Positions 38,701 to 51,394 are shown, counted from the whole stretch's first letter. The stretch: DNA of 62,939 nucleotides, filler included, from Basidiobolus ranarum (GCA_040143965.1; 20 parts of 20 records of this genome joined end to end with filler, not necessarily neighbours in it); one strand, 5' to 3'. The notes: generated by a model not told the origin, from the letters alone. Numbers and translations: made by a program.

Positions 38701-38874
38701 TCATGGAATATTCCAAAGAACATGATTTCCATATAAGGTAATCTGGATTAGCTGACACCAGATTGCCAAGAAGGGATGAAACAGCAGATATGATGCCATA
38801 ATCTAATAATAGAAGAGTTCTATTTGCAATGGATCAGTATGCCAAGATCAGAATCATGACATTCATTGAGTAAA

Positions 38875-39596
38875 ATGTTAACATGTGGAGATTTGTCAAG
38901 ATGTAAATAAGCCAACTTGAAAAGTGTGTTAAGGAAGGTCCTGGGAACATGTGTGCAAAGTTTGGGGCTTCTTGCACAAGTTTGCAAATCAATATAAATG
39001 ACAACCTATAAGTTGGCAAATTATCACCTGACTTACCAAAATTGAATTTTAGCCCTTCTGAGATGGCCTTGCATAGAGATACTATTTTCTTAGCCATATC
39101 TAGAACATGTATTACATCCTTAAAAGTATATGCTTTTCCTTCAGCAACACCAGTTAAATTGACTTCAATTGTTCCCATTCCAATAGCATCCAATGAGCAG
39201 TCAGCTCCCATGAAAACCTTTCTAATTCAAATTTTTTCATAATTTACAAACCAATGTTTTACACTTGTAAAATGTTGGAATGCTGCAGAATAAATACATC
39301 ACATCTGAGAATTGTTGTTGGTAGTCATAGTGCGGCAGATATGAACAAGTGATCATCAGTTATAACCACATTTCCCAATTCAGTATGTTTTTCTTCTTTT
39401 GCAATTCTTTTAAAGCAATCTTTGCTTAAAGGACCAGTTCTTTTACAGTCATCACAGAATATGTTACTCTTCTTCTTAAAGTGCTTTTGACCTTCATAGG
39501 AAAGTTGGCCATAGCCTATTAAAACATTTCCTTCATTCATTTGGTAGGACCCTAATTTGCATAAATCTCTATCCAGAAGTCTGCAAAATATATAAT
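38875..39596 (-). mobile_element. Copia family B gag zinc-knuckle/protease remnant plus LTR B fragment
   Basis: 'CDDCKRTGPLSKDC', 'DDHLFIS', 'DAIGMGTI..FKDVIHV'; homologous to 48004-48420. LTR B piece at about 38875-38990. Confidence 0.8.
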
Positions 39597-40944
39597 AGAC
39601 TTGTTCCATTGGCCCAGGTTAGATTGTGCTGCTCAATCCAGCCTGCTAGTACAGGGTATAGGCAATCTGCCAAGCACCATGGCTGGGTCCCATAACACTT
39701 AATTGGATACTACAAGGAACAATATGGCACTATATCAACAAAATCAGACATTAACTTGTTGGAGATATTGAGCCTACACATACCAAGGTACCTGATTTAG
39801 CTTTGCAGAATTAAGATTTTGGGCAAATAACAAAGTTTATTCATCTCCTAGTTTGTAACTTATCACTTACCAAATGTGTAACAATAAACAATGTATACTC
39901 TGACTTATCCAGAAAAATGTTTAACCAAGCCATTCACATGTTTTTAGGCCATTCATTTGTCCCTTACTAACATAATATCCCAATTTTCAATTGGGCACAA
40001 CAGCTCTGGCATTACAAAACAGCAGTAATCTTACCACACTGGTGACAAATCACAGCACTCAATGATGAACTTATCTGCAGAATGATAGTAATGATCTGGA
40101 TTGCTTGATTCATCATTTTTACATCAACAAATTTTCCATTCAATAAAGTAAATTTCTAATTGGGTGAGAGTGTTGATGAATTGAGCCATATTAAGCCTTA
40201 AAGGCTGAACAAGGTTTTTATTGACATATATTTTTCATTATATTGTAGTGAAATCACTGGTATTACCCTAACAAAAGTAAAATTGACTTGATCCAGATCA
40301 GATCCACCCTTCAAAATCACAAAACCATCACAGAACCGTCACAATATTGGTGGCTTGCATTCTGCCAGGTATTCTGCTGGTATGACAATGGTTTCTTGAT
40401 GGTATTATAACAGTATTCATACATGTTAAAATGTTGATCCAAATATTCAGCATGTGTTATTAATTTCTGGCAATTTTTGCAAAAAAATACAGGTCAGATC
40501 CACCCTCCAAAATAGCAAAACCATCAGAGACCATCTCAATATTGTTGCCTTGCATTCTGCCAGGGATTTTGATTGTGTGATGGTGGGTTCTTGATGGTAT
40601 CTTAATGGTATTCATACATGTTAAAATATTGATCCTCCAATTTGGCATGCATTATTCAATATCCAGCAATTTTTGCAAAAATATAATTTTTGAATGGCAA
40701 ATTACTGGGTTTACTGCCATAGGAATTTGAATAAATATGAACACCTTTATTTAGATATTTTAGGCTTTGTATTCCAGCCATAATGGGAATCAAGAAGTAC
40801 AAGAATCTTGTTGTGTTTAGTCTTTACATATGGACATATTTGACTGATTAGACATAACTCTACAACATCAATATGCTTTACCAGCAAACTAACGGTGGAA
40901 AAATTGCTAAACATCTGAAATTTTGAATAGCACTGACACTTGGC
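39597..40944 (+). mobile_element. Terminus and interior of a TIR DNA transposon, with a ~195-bp tandem duplication (about 40300-40680)
   Basis: Starts AGACTTGTTCCATT after AAT and interrupts copia gag. 40266-40944 is shared with 43585-43987 and, reversed, with 47520-48003. That the interior belongs to the same element is inferred. Confidence 0.6.
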
Positions 40945-41619
40945 NNNNNNNNNNNNNNNNNNNNNNNNNNNNNNNNNNNNNNNNNNNNTTAATTAATTAA
41001 NNNNNNNNNNNNNNNNNNNNNNNNNNNNNNNNNNNNNNNNNNNNTCTGATAGAAAGTAAACCTTATATCCACTTTGGGTTCATGCCAATCTCTGGTTTTG
41101 TCTCTACAAACCCACAAGAAAGCCGCAATAGCGAGGACAAAACATGATCACTCTCCTCATCGAATCTCCTGTTGTTTTCTTTCACCATATCCATGGACCA
41201 TAATTGACTAAACTTTAACTCATTTGTACATAGCAATCCATTCATATTCTCATTTCTCTTTCTATCATGTCATCTGCTTTACGTCTGAGATATATCATTT
41301 GCATATACTGAGGCACTGTACTCTTCGACCGTTACAAATAAAGTAGTTTTTGAGATAGTTTACATGTTTTCATAATGATATATGACATTTGATACGATGC
41401 GTTTGACACTAATGATATTTGTGGAAACTTTGAAAGCCATGGGGTATGTCAGAGGTTTCAAGGTTAAGTAAAGTCTAACTGCTTTGCTAATTTCTTTTCA
41501 TATTAGCGAGAGTAATGGCAATTTCTAGGACTAAATATTGGGCATCATAGTTTTGAAACTAATGTGTAGTGGCGCATGTGTTATCTGGGTGTTCAAACAT
41601 TTGATTATTCTTAAACTGT

Positions 41620-42272
41620 CTGAACCTGGAGCGTGCAAATATGACTATGGCTTTACTTCAGCAGCCTCATTTCCAGCATTAAATACCATAATTGAGATAT
41701 CCAGTATGGCATTTCTGACTGGACTCATTCTACAAGCACAAACAAATATTACAAAGGCTGCCCTATTAGCAGTGGAGGAAACTGAATCTCGTCACGAAAT
41801 TTGGGGCCGAATCGACATTTGGAAGGCTGATCCATTTGGTGGACCATCTGATACTATCTATCCCTATGCAAATCAAATCCTCGATGTTACCAATGAATTT
41901 ATTGTCCCTGATTCTTGTCCAAAGGAGAATCCTACATATCTCGAGACATCCCAGCATCTACCCCAGCTCATTCGTCTCCAACTCCACATCATTAACACCA
42001 TGATTGCCAATCACCTCTTCGTATCGTAGTCCATCCTCTGTGCCCAACTTTCAAGAGGAAAAGGATTATTATGCAGTATTCTTCCACGGATTACTAAATA
42101 TCTCTATGCCATTTTATACAAAAACCAATTCTTCGATAATTCTCAAAGACTTTAAGAACAAGGGAGTATGCTAGCGGTCATTTGTGATGTATCAGGAGCT
42201 CCTACAGAGGCATCTGTACTTGCAGGGCCACTGACCATCTTACTACAGCCAGCAGAACTTACAAAATTGATT
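41620..42272 (+). pseudogene. Ferritin-like (Ferritin_2/Rds1-type) protein pseudogene, 5'-truncated and frameshifted
   Basis: 'CKYDYG..IEISSMAFLTGL..ETESRHEIW..DPFGGPSDTIYPYANQILDVTNEFIVPDSCPKENP'; other frames continue 'KDYYAVFFHGLLNIS' and 'SGAPTE..VLAGPLTILLQP'. Confidence 0.7.
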
Positions 42273-43584
42273 TATTTTTTTAGTTTTGAGGCTCTCCATC
42301 ACTACCATGATTGATATATTGACAGTCATTTCAGTTTACTAAGCTACACTGCTAGATCAGGAGTTCATGTAGAATACACTAAAGTTATATACTCACCATA
42401 AAGTTCTCATATCAGAGAATGACAAGGGTTAGGGTTAGTATTAAAGTATGCTGATAACGCACAATGTAGTTCCATTTTAAACGACTTTATTAGAGTAGTA
42501 AAGGGAAGAAGGTGCTAAAAATGCCCATGGTAGTCTTATACAAGTAATTTTGATAGAAAACTGACGCAGTCATTTTAAAATAGCGTTACTGAAGATTAAA
42601 CTTTTGCTCTTGATATATGAATACGAGTCTAAAACATGGGATATAATATTATAAACCAAATAAATTGCTATTAATTCATTGTTACATAGTATTCTCAATT
42701 ATAAGTAAGCAATTATCAGTGTCGTGCACTAACGCAGACAAATTCTTAAAGCAAAGTAAATGTTATTATAGCGTTAATAGCTCTTCCTCAATATGTTATG
42801 TGAGTAGTAGTATTGCTAACATTCTAGTTCCTTTAGCACCTGTCATAGGTTTATAAGTTCCGGTTGCATCCTTTGTACTTCATGTTACATTCAGTAGGTT
42901 CAGAATGCACTATTATTGTTTATTTTTTTGTTTCTGTTTGCGAAACAAAGCAAATAATGATACTAGGATTTCGCAATTGTCTAGTATTACCTCTTATACA
43001 GAATCTTTTTATTGATCAGTCAACAGAAAGAGGGTAATGAGAATGTGTAAGTTGGTATATACAGATTTATGAGAGATATTGTTAACTAGCCCTGTACCTC
43101 TTTTCTAATTGTATCTATATGCTGCTTGAATTGTGACATAACTGAATGGTTACAATGCATTGCCTGAATTGCAATTTCCTAGATTATTTATATGATACAA
43201 TCCAAATCATTTCTGGATTCAGCAATGGAATCCCTCCCCATAACTGTAGTAATGAATTAGCTATGGAGAGAGGATCATTTCTTGAAGAAGAAGGATATTG
43301 AGAGTTGATTGTCCTAAAAATATTACTATAGAACCTGCCTCCTCAACTACTGACCTTCTATTTAATGGGGAGATTACAAACCCTTCACCTGTTTTTTATA
43401 TATAAAAACACATATATTACCTTATGAAAGCAAATTTCAGATGGTCTGGATTGGATCCTGATCAAACTCACTAAACACCATAAGAATTCCTTCACAATCC
43501 TAGCAACTTGGACTCTAGCTACTTTTACATAGATTCCTTAATGATTTTCTGATGTGTCCTAACAAAAATTAAATCAACTTAATC

Positions 43585-43987
43585 CAGATTGGATCCACCC
43601 TTCTGAAGCACAAAACCATCATAGGACCATCACAATATTGGTGACTTGTATTCTGCCAGAGATTTTGATGGTGAGATGGCAGCTTTCTAATGGTATTATG
43701 ATGGTAATTGTACATGGTGAAACATTGATCCTCATATTTAGCATGCATTATTTAATTTCTGACAATTTTTGGAAAAACCAATTTTTAAATGGCAAATTAC
43801 CAGACTTACTGCTATAGGAATTCAAATTAATACATATGCCTTTATTTAGATATTTTAGGCTTTGTATTCCAGCCATAATGAAAATCAAAAAACACAGGAA
43901 TCTTGTTGTATCAAGTCTGTACATATGCATATACTTGACTGATCAGACCTAACTCAGAAACATCAATATACTTCACAGCAAACTGAC
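43585..43987 (+). repeat. Copy of the 40290-40895 repeat (putative DNA transposon interior)
   Basis: GATCCACCCT...AAAACCATCA...AATGGCAAATTAC...TTAGGCTTTGTATTCCAGCCATAATG. Confidence 0.75.
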
Positions 43988-44089
43988 TGTCACAATACGG
44001 AACTGGACAAGGACTGGGAACAACAACAAGAGGCTAGAAGGCAGGAGAGTACTTGGGTGTAGACCACAAGACAAGACAAGACAAGACTG
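43988..44089. mobile_element. Terminus of LTR-like family D, inserted in the preceding repeat
   Basis: Begins TGTCACA, a terminus typical of Ty3/gypsy LTRs; matches 38326 onward. Confidence 0.55.
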
Positions 44090-44189
44090 NNNNNNNNNNN
44101 NNNNNNNNNNNNNNNNNNNNNNNNNNNNNNNNNTTAATTAATTAANNNNNNNNNNNNNNNNNNNNNNNNNNNNNNNNNNNNNNNNNNNN

Positions 44190-44435
44190 TCAAGGATAAT
44201 CAAAGTTGTATTTCTTTAGCTAAAAATCTCAAATTTCATGCTAGAAGTAAGCACATTGACATTGAACATCACTTTGTTAATGAATCTATTGAGAATAAGC
44301 ACATCCAACTACAGTACTGTGCAACTGAGGACATGATTGCTGACATCCTTACCCAACCATTACCCAAACCAAATTTTGAAGAATTAAGATTTAAGATAGG
44401 TTTAAAATTTATGAATATTTAGTCGAGTGGGAGGG
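44190..44435 (+). mobile_element. Copia RNase H C-terminus and PPT, followed by a probable third LTR type
   Basis: 'KDNQSCISLAKNLKFHARSKHIDIEHHFV..DMIADILTQPLPKP' ends at TAG 44420-44422, then GAGTGGGAGG. Confidence 0.85.
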
Positions 44436-45784
44436 TTGAAGTTTATTATCTTTATCACATTTGTAATCTCTATCTTTATACACCTAACTACTTAATACAT
44501 CTCATATAAGTTAGTAAACATTACTTAGTCAAATATCACTTCACTGGAAATCAGAGCATATATTTTATATATATGTGACTAATGTGAGAATTAGCAATTA
44601 CATACTGGAAATTTCATACTTGTCCAAATTGCCCAATAGATAGCTCAATTTACTCCCACAGATGTTCTGAACACAACTCCAGTGTTAGTTTTCTGTAGTT
44701 ACACCAAAATGTATAAATGCTTTATTTCTGGACAATGAATAATTTTCTCACAAAGCTATTCACAACTCAACTTTTCTAAAGTTCCTCCAGACAGCCCATA
44801 TTTCCCCTATAGGTTCTTCTTTGGAGTGCAGGATGGGTTGTAACTGCTACTATTGTTATAACTCTCAAGTAGCTAAGAATCAGAAAGGATCAAGAAAGAT
44901 AGTATTGTTTCATTAACTGTGTACCAAAGTTTATTAAGAGAGACACTCCCGGACTTATCACAGATAAGGGTTATCATCATAAGATCTTCCTTGGAATATG
45001 AATATTAGACTATCATTTGACCAACTATGACTAACTACTGGAACATTGTATTACTGCTTACTAATACTGATTTGAAACTAGATAACAATTACTAATGGTA
45101 ATTAAAATACTGATCTGGGGACAATACTGATATATAGAAAATGCTAAATGTTGCATACTTAACTGATAATTAGGCTTTTTTGATTTAGCTAATGACAACA
45201 GCTATGATAGTGAAGATGCTATAAAAAATATGGGCTGCATTCTTCAAGATTCAACCCAGATTGAGTTGCAATAGAAATATATATTTTCCTACTATGATAC
45301 TGGATAAAATATCTAGGATAACAAAGAATGGAGGATATGTGTCAGTTTTGGGTGGTGCTACTACTAGAAGCTTTTTCACTTGGGGGAAGTGTAGCTTAAA
45401 TAAAGAAATGAACAAGATTAAATGCTTTGATTTGGTGGCTGATTTTAAAGCTATGAGTTGTGGGCTAAGCATTGAATTGCAATTAAGATTACCATTTTTG
45501 CAGCTGCTAATTTGAACCTTTGAACACATCAGCATCAGAGACTACCACAGCTCTGTGCAAATTTTGAAGTGAATCCATTGTTTTTCTTAACAAGATATTT
45601 CTGTTGGAAGTCTGGTGACTTGTGGTACAAGCAGTAATTCCAAAAGAGGAAAGTATGGAGCATGGTGACTGCATCTGAACACAAAGTCTAAGGCCAATCA
45701 GTTGCTTGTAAAGCTGAAAAGCTAAAGTTCCATACATTGACAGACTAGGTTAAGAATTCCTAGCAATATAGGAATAGCATAAAA

Positions 45785-45857
45785 GGACTGGTAGCTCAGT
45801 GGTTATAGTACCTTGCTAGAGTAAAGGATGTCTTGGGTTCAAATCCTGGCCAGACCA
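45785..45857 (+). pseudogene. Degenerate tRNA-like element (tRNA pseudogene or SINE head)
   Basis: A-box TAGCTCAGTGG, B-box GGTTCAAATCC, acceptor GGACTGG/CCAGACC with one mismatch; D and anticodon stems mispaired. Confidence 0.7.
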
Positions 45858-46099
45858 ATGTTTCTCCCTATATAATTTCAGCAATTTCAAACAATAAAGG
45901 TATTTGTTCTATGTCCAAGGATTGGGTTTTTTTGCAGTTATTACGCTCAAATATTGCAAACAACAAGCACATTGAAAAGAGCCCTGGGCTGGAAGGGTCA
46001 TATAAACTGTTGTTTCTTTAACCTATTGCATTACATCCATTACTGATTTTGCCAATACATTGTTAATCAGATTAGTATGTAGTAATGCTGACAATTTAA

Positions 46100-46600
46100 C
46101 ATGGTGCATCATTTTACAGCAGTTGTGCTTCATTGGGAGCTCCCACAATGTATAGCAAAAACCTATAATCTCTAAGCATTGTGAAAGATGTAGCAGGCAA
46201 TGTATTGAATGCTGGAATAGACTCAGCCTTTCTTTTTAAACTTGTAATAAAATTTTACCTATCCAATTACAAAATCTTTACATAGTTGCTGTATCTGCCT
46301 GAAATCTGCCAATGTGAGTTGATGCCATAAGAATAGATTGACAATATCCACCAATCACTCCCTACCTTGCCAATATTAATCAGGCAGAGATCTTTTCATG
46401 GTTGCACTTGAATATATATAAATCAAATACTTCCAGTTTTTGCATTTGAATAAATGCCCAGATGAGTGGATATTAATGGGAGCTCTGGTAAGGTAAGTTG
46501 GAATCTTGATATTTTCATGCCTTTTCCCAATCAATTCAAACTTTGACCATATCTCAGATGGCTCATTAACATCAAGTTTGCCTCTCTACAGCTAAGTAAG
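46100..46600 (-). mobile_element. CACTA/EnSpm-type transposase remnant
   Basis: 'LIGKRHENIKIPTYLTRAPINIHSSGHLFKCKNWKYLIYIYSS..LPD', then 'LLHLSQCLRDY..WELPM'; homologous to 49780-49965. Confidence 0.6.
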
Positions 46601-47333
46601 TAGTATTGAAATGTTGTTGAGCAATAAGTGCACAGTGCCCAATGTGAGGTGCTGGCTCAGCCTGATCTCCTTTAGTAAAATAATCTTTGGCTTATGGCTA
46701 ATCCCAAGCTTGATGTTAGACTAACTATTTGGTGAACAGATATCAGTGAGTATATTGAAATGCAACAGGTCTCTTGATGCTAAAATTTTGGCATTTAGTG
46801 TTGTATTTGGATAACAGTAATGGATATGCCTGGTAGAGTAAACTCTATTGATTTGACAGCATCTTCAGTAGAATACTGAGTAGTGTGCACAAGAACCTAC
46901 AGGTTTACTGATGGAAGGAATCTCACCATTACATACAATGATATTAGCTTTAAAAAGTATTCACCCATCTGAACTTCATCAGATAACTGTTCAAATTCCC
47001 AACCAAAGGCTCAAAGAAGCTATCTATAAGCTCTGGTCACTTAGGTCCAGATAAGATTGATAGTGTAAAAGTAGTATTACTCTTATAACCTTCAGAAGGG
47101 GGAAGATAGAAGGTAATTAAAATTTTGCCCAGCAAGCCTTTTTTTATTTATCTAATTCAGTAGTTGCTATTTGTGTGCAAACAGTACATGACTCAGGCTT
47201 TCCAGTGCAGTGGTGAAAGCCAAACAACCATTTNNNNNNNNNNNNNNNNNNNNNNNNNNNNNNNNNNNNNNNNNNNNTTAATTAATTAANNNNNNNNNNN
47301 NNNNNNNNNNNNNNNNNNNNNNNNNNNNNNNNN

Positions 47334-48003
47334 CTTCTTGGTGAGATAGATGGAGATATGCAGTATTATTGTTTTAGCCATGGGGTAATCTATTCAAGCC
47401 ATGACACATCTACTTGTGGCAGGACATTTGTTGACTGCAAGTTGGGGATAGATTGGCTGAATTTTTTACAGAAGTTTGCCAAAATCCAAGAGCTTATTCT
47501 CATTGTGAATGGTAACAAGAGTCAGCTATTTGCCAAGTGTCAATGCTATTTGAAATTTCAGATGTTTAGCAATTTTTCCACCATTAGTTTGCTGGTAAAG
47601 CATATTGTTGTTGTTGAGTTAAGTCTGATCAGTCCAGTATGTGCATATGTAGAGACAAAACACAACAAGATTCTTGTATTTTTTGATTCTCATTATGGCT
47701 AGAATACAAAGCCTAAGATATCTAAATTAAGGCATGCACATTAATTCAAATTCCTACAGCAGTAAACCCAGTAATTTGCCATTTAAAAATTTTAGTTTGC
47801 AAAAATTGCGGAAATGAATAACACATGCCAAATATGAGGATCAATATTTCAACATGTATGAATACCATCAAGAAACCACTATCACACCATTAAAATCCCT
47901 TGCAGAATGCAAGCCACCAATATTGTGATGGTTCTCTGATGGTTTTGCAATTTAGAAGGGTGGATCCAATCCAGATCAAATTGATTTCATTTTTGTTAGG
48001 GAT
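47334..48003 (-). repeat. Reverse copy of the 40266-40944 repeat
   Basis: The reverse complement matches contigs 13 and 14; it abuts family B protease sequence. Confidence 0.75.
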
Positions 48004-49334
48004 TCCAAAGCATCCAATGTGTGGTTGTCCCCTATGAAAACCTTTCTAATTAGGATTTCTTCACAATCCACTAACCAATGTTTTTCATTTGTGTAATGTT
48101 GGGAGGCTCCAGAATCAATATGCCATGTCTGAGAATTCTTGTTAGTAGTGATATATAGAGTAGATATGAACAAGTGATCTTCTGCTGTAACCACATCTCC
48201 AGATTCAGTATGTTTTTATTCTTTTTCAATTATTTTAAAGCAATCTTTGCTTAAATGGCCAGTTCTTTTACAATAATCACATAATGTGTTACTTATCTTC
48301 TCAACATGCTTTTGACCTTTATAGGATGATTTCCCATTGCCTATCAAGGCATTTTCTTTATTCTTTTGGTTGGATCCTGATTTGCACAAATCTTCATCCA
48401 GAAGTCGGCTGAATACTTAATTTGAGGTCAAATTTTCAGTTCTTGAATCTAGAGCCATTACTAGGCTCTGAAACCTGTGTGGCAGGCTAGTCAGAACTGC
48501 AACTATTGTATATTGATCAGTGCAAGGTACTCCAATGCACTTCATTTTATCTACTAAAATAGTGACACTACTGATTAGTGACTTGGTGTTTTCTTCTGGC
48601 TTCATCTTTAAGTTAAATAATTATCTTCTTAGAAACATTTTGTTGGCAGCAGAACTTGTTTGGTAGGTGTTTTTCACGCCTTTACATACCTTCTTGGTAG
48701 TTTAAGCTCTTGGACATTGAATTAGAAATTTTTCCTTAATATTAAGAAAAATTGTGTTAAAGGCACTTTGTTCTTTTTTAGCATGGAGTAAAACTTTGGT
48801 TTCAGATAGTTTTGCATTGTCTTCTTCCCCTACAACAGTGTCCCAAGATCCTTTTTCTTGCAGTAGCATTTTCATTTTCATTTTCCAAACTTGGTAATTA
48901 GTTCCATCCAATTTTTCAGAAGAGGGAAAAGTTCCATAAATTTGAGATGTAGACATAACAGATGGTGCATGCTTGGGGCTCGCTACCTGTTAAAGTATAA
49001 GGGAGCCTGTTGGAAGTGGTTTGGATAATTAGAGGAATTGGTGGTTTTCACTTATTAATTTATTGAGTAGAAAGTTGACATATATATTTTTGTCAAGATG
49101 TAAGCAAACTAGTGTGTAGAATGTGTTAAGGAAGGTCTCAGGAACATGTGTGCAAAGTTTGGGGCTTATAGGACTAGTTTGAAAAATCTATATATTGGAG
49201 AACTTCTAAGTTAAAAAAATATTTGAAGTAAATTCCAATTGTGAATAATGGATAATATCTTAGTGAATTTTAAGCTAACTTGGTCCTAAGCTATCTATGA
49301 CTATATTAGTGTTCAGGAAATGCCAACTTTAACA
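48004..49334 (-). mobile_element. Copia family B 5' LTR (48988-49334), variant PBS and degenerate gag-protease
   Basis: 'MSTSQIYGTFPSSEKLDGTNYQVWKMKMKMLLQEKG', 'VLTSLPHRFQSLV', 'WHIDSGASQH'. Confidence 0.9.
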
Positions 49335-49350
49335 GTCTAATGGGGTACAG

Positions 49351-49977
49351 ATGGGTGATTATTTTCTAAAAGCTTATATCATTGTCTGTATTTGTGACAC
49401 TCCTGCCATTAGTAAACATAGAGGGTTTTGTGGGCCCAATGCACTATCTTGCTGTAGATTTTGTTCAATCAATGGAGTTTATGCAACCAGACATATGCAT
49501 TACTACTACCCAAATACAACACTAAGCTCCATGATTTCACCATCAAGAGCCCAGTAAGATTTCAACATGCTTACAGATATCAATTTACCATATAGTCAGT
49601 CTAGCATCAAACTTAGTATTAGCCATAATCCTCAGATTATATTGCCAAAGGGGATCAGCTGGAGTCAGAGCTTCTCATTAGACACTATGCACTTGCTATT
49701 TAACAACATTCCAATATTACTTACTTGGCTATATATTGGAATATTCAGTATGAATGAGCCTTTTGAGATAGGATCAAAGTTTGAATCCATTGGAAAAATG
49801 TTTGAAAGTGTCAAGATACTATCATATTTTACCAGGACTTCCATCAATATCCACTAACCTAGGCATTTATTCAATTGCAAAGACTGGAAATATTGGATTT
49901 GTACATATTCAAGTAGCATCTTGAAAAGATTTCTGCCTGATAAGTATTGGCAACATTTGGAGTTGTGTGTGGATATT
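49351..49977 (+). mobile_element. CACTA/EnSpm-type transposase remnant
   Basis: 'CDTPAISKHRGFCGPNALSCCRFC..G', 'LDTMHLLFNNI', 'CKDWKYWICTYSSSILKRFLPDKYWQH'. Confidence 0.65.
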
Positions 49978-50376
49978 TGTTGTATAATTAATCTTTATTC
50001 AACATCATAGTTAACTTTAGTTTTGATACATATATCAGAAACAGAAAGCAATGTATATATAGCCCCTATATTCTAAATAGGAATATCTCTGTATCTATAA
50101 CAAGTATGTCTTATTACCCCCACTTATCTATTATATCTGATTACACAAACTCCTGAATATCTCAAACAATGGATTTACTTTTCTACTATATAAGCCACCA
50201 TAGACTCTTAAGAATAAAGTAACTAAAGCACACTATCATAAGTTGCTTCTAATACTCAAAGTCTACCCCCATTATGTCAAGATCCTCCAACATGGTAGCA
50301 GCAAGTGAATTAGAGTCTTCTTCCCAACAGGAGATTACTAGTATTCCAACATTCAATGGGGAAGATTTCCATGAAT
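49978..50376 (+). mobile_element. Copia family A 5' LTR (49978-50292), PBS TGGTAGCAGC and gag start
   Basis: TG...CA LTR immediately followed by TGGTAGCAGCAAG; reading frame MVAASELESSSQQEITSIPTFNGEDFHE. Confidence 0.9.
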
Positions 50377-50616
50377 NNNNNNNNNNNNNNNNNNNNNNNN
50401 NNNNNNNNNNNNNNNNNNNNTTAATTAATTAANNNNNNNNNNNNNNNNNNNNNNNNNNNNNNNNNNNNNNNNNNNNAGCATTAGCATCCATAGCTAACCA
50501 ATTCAGGAGAACTGAGTAACATTGGGATATATACATTGAATAAAACTAAATTAGCCTAAGGGGCTTAGAGTTGAAATATAAATAAAACTAATATAAACAT
50601 TCATAAATATATATCA

Positions 50617-50698
50617 GACAACATGGCCGAGTGGTTAAGGCGTATGACTAGAAATCATATGGGCTCTGCCCGCGCAGGTTCAAATCCTGCTGTTGTCG
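50617..50698 (+). tRNA. tRNA-Ser(AGA)
   Basis: GACAACA/TGTTGTC acceptor, TATGA-CTAGAAA-TCATA anticodon arm, long variable arm, TTCAAAT loop, downstream T5. Confidence 0.96.
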
Positions 50699-51394
50699 GA
50701 ACTTTTTAATTTTCACTCCTATTATTTTCAATGGGATGATGCGAGTTATTTTCCCAAATAGGCTGAAGCTACGCTTGTTTCTCATTTCTTGCTACCTACT
50801 ATTCATGAGAGAGTATACTAACTACGAAACAGACATCCGTCACTGGAATTTCTTGCATTCACCTGTTTGCTGGGTCGGATTTTTGTGATAGGTGTTTGTA
50901 AAACGTCATGGAAATATCCGAACTACACGCATGGCGATCTTTTTGGATAGTCCAGTACGCTATCACTCAGCATGTTAGCCTGGTTCAATGACTATCTAGT
51001 TTTAAGTTTCAGTGCACAGGATCAAGGGCAGAGGCACCGCCTACAGTTGTGTTGATGGTATAGCAGTAGAAGAACTGCCTAAAAAGCGATTGGCTCAAGC
51101 TTAACTTTTAATTAAAGTATTTATGTAAACTATAGCTTCTGGTATTTAGAGCTATACATGGTATATGCTAACCCTAGAAACATACTTTGTAGGGATGATA
51201 TACAGAGTTCCGTATCAAACACAGTGATGTACAACGATTATCGAATAGAAATGATTTCTTTAAGATCTTTGGAGGAAGATTGGTTTATTACTAATTCTCA
51301 TGATTCTGGATGTTCCATGCAATGGTATTTGAAATAGTTAGTAGACAAGAAATACAATCCTTATTGTAAGATGGCAATTGGTCAGAATGAAGTC

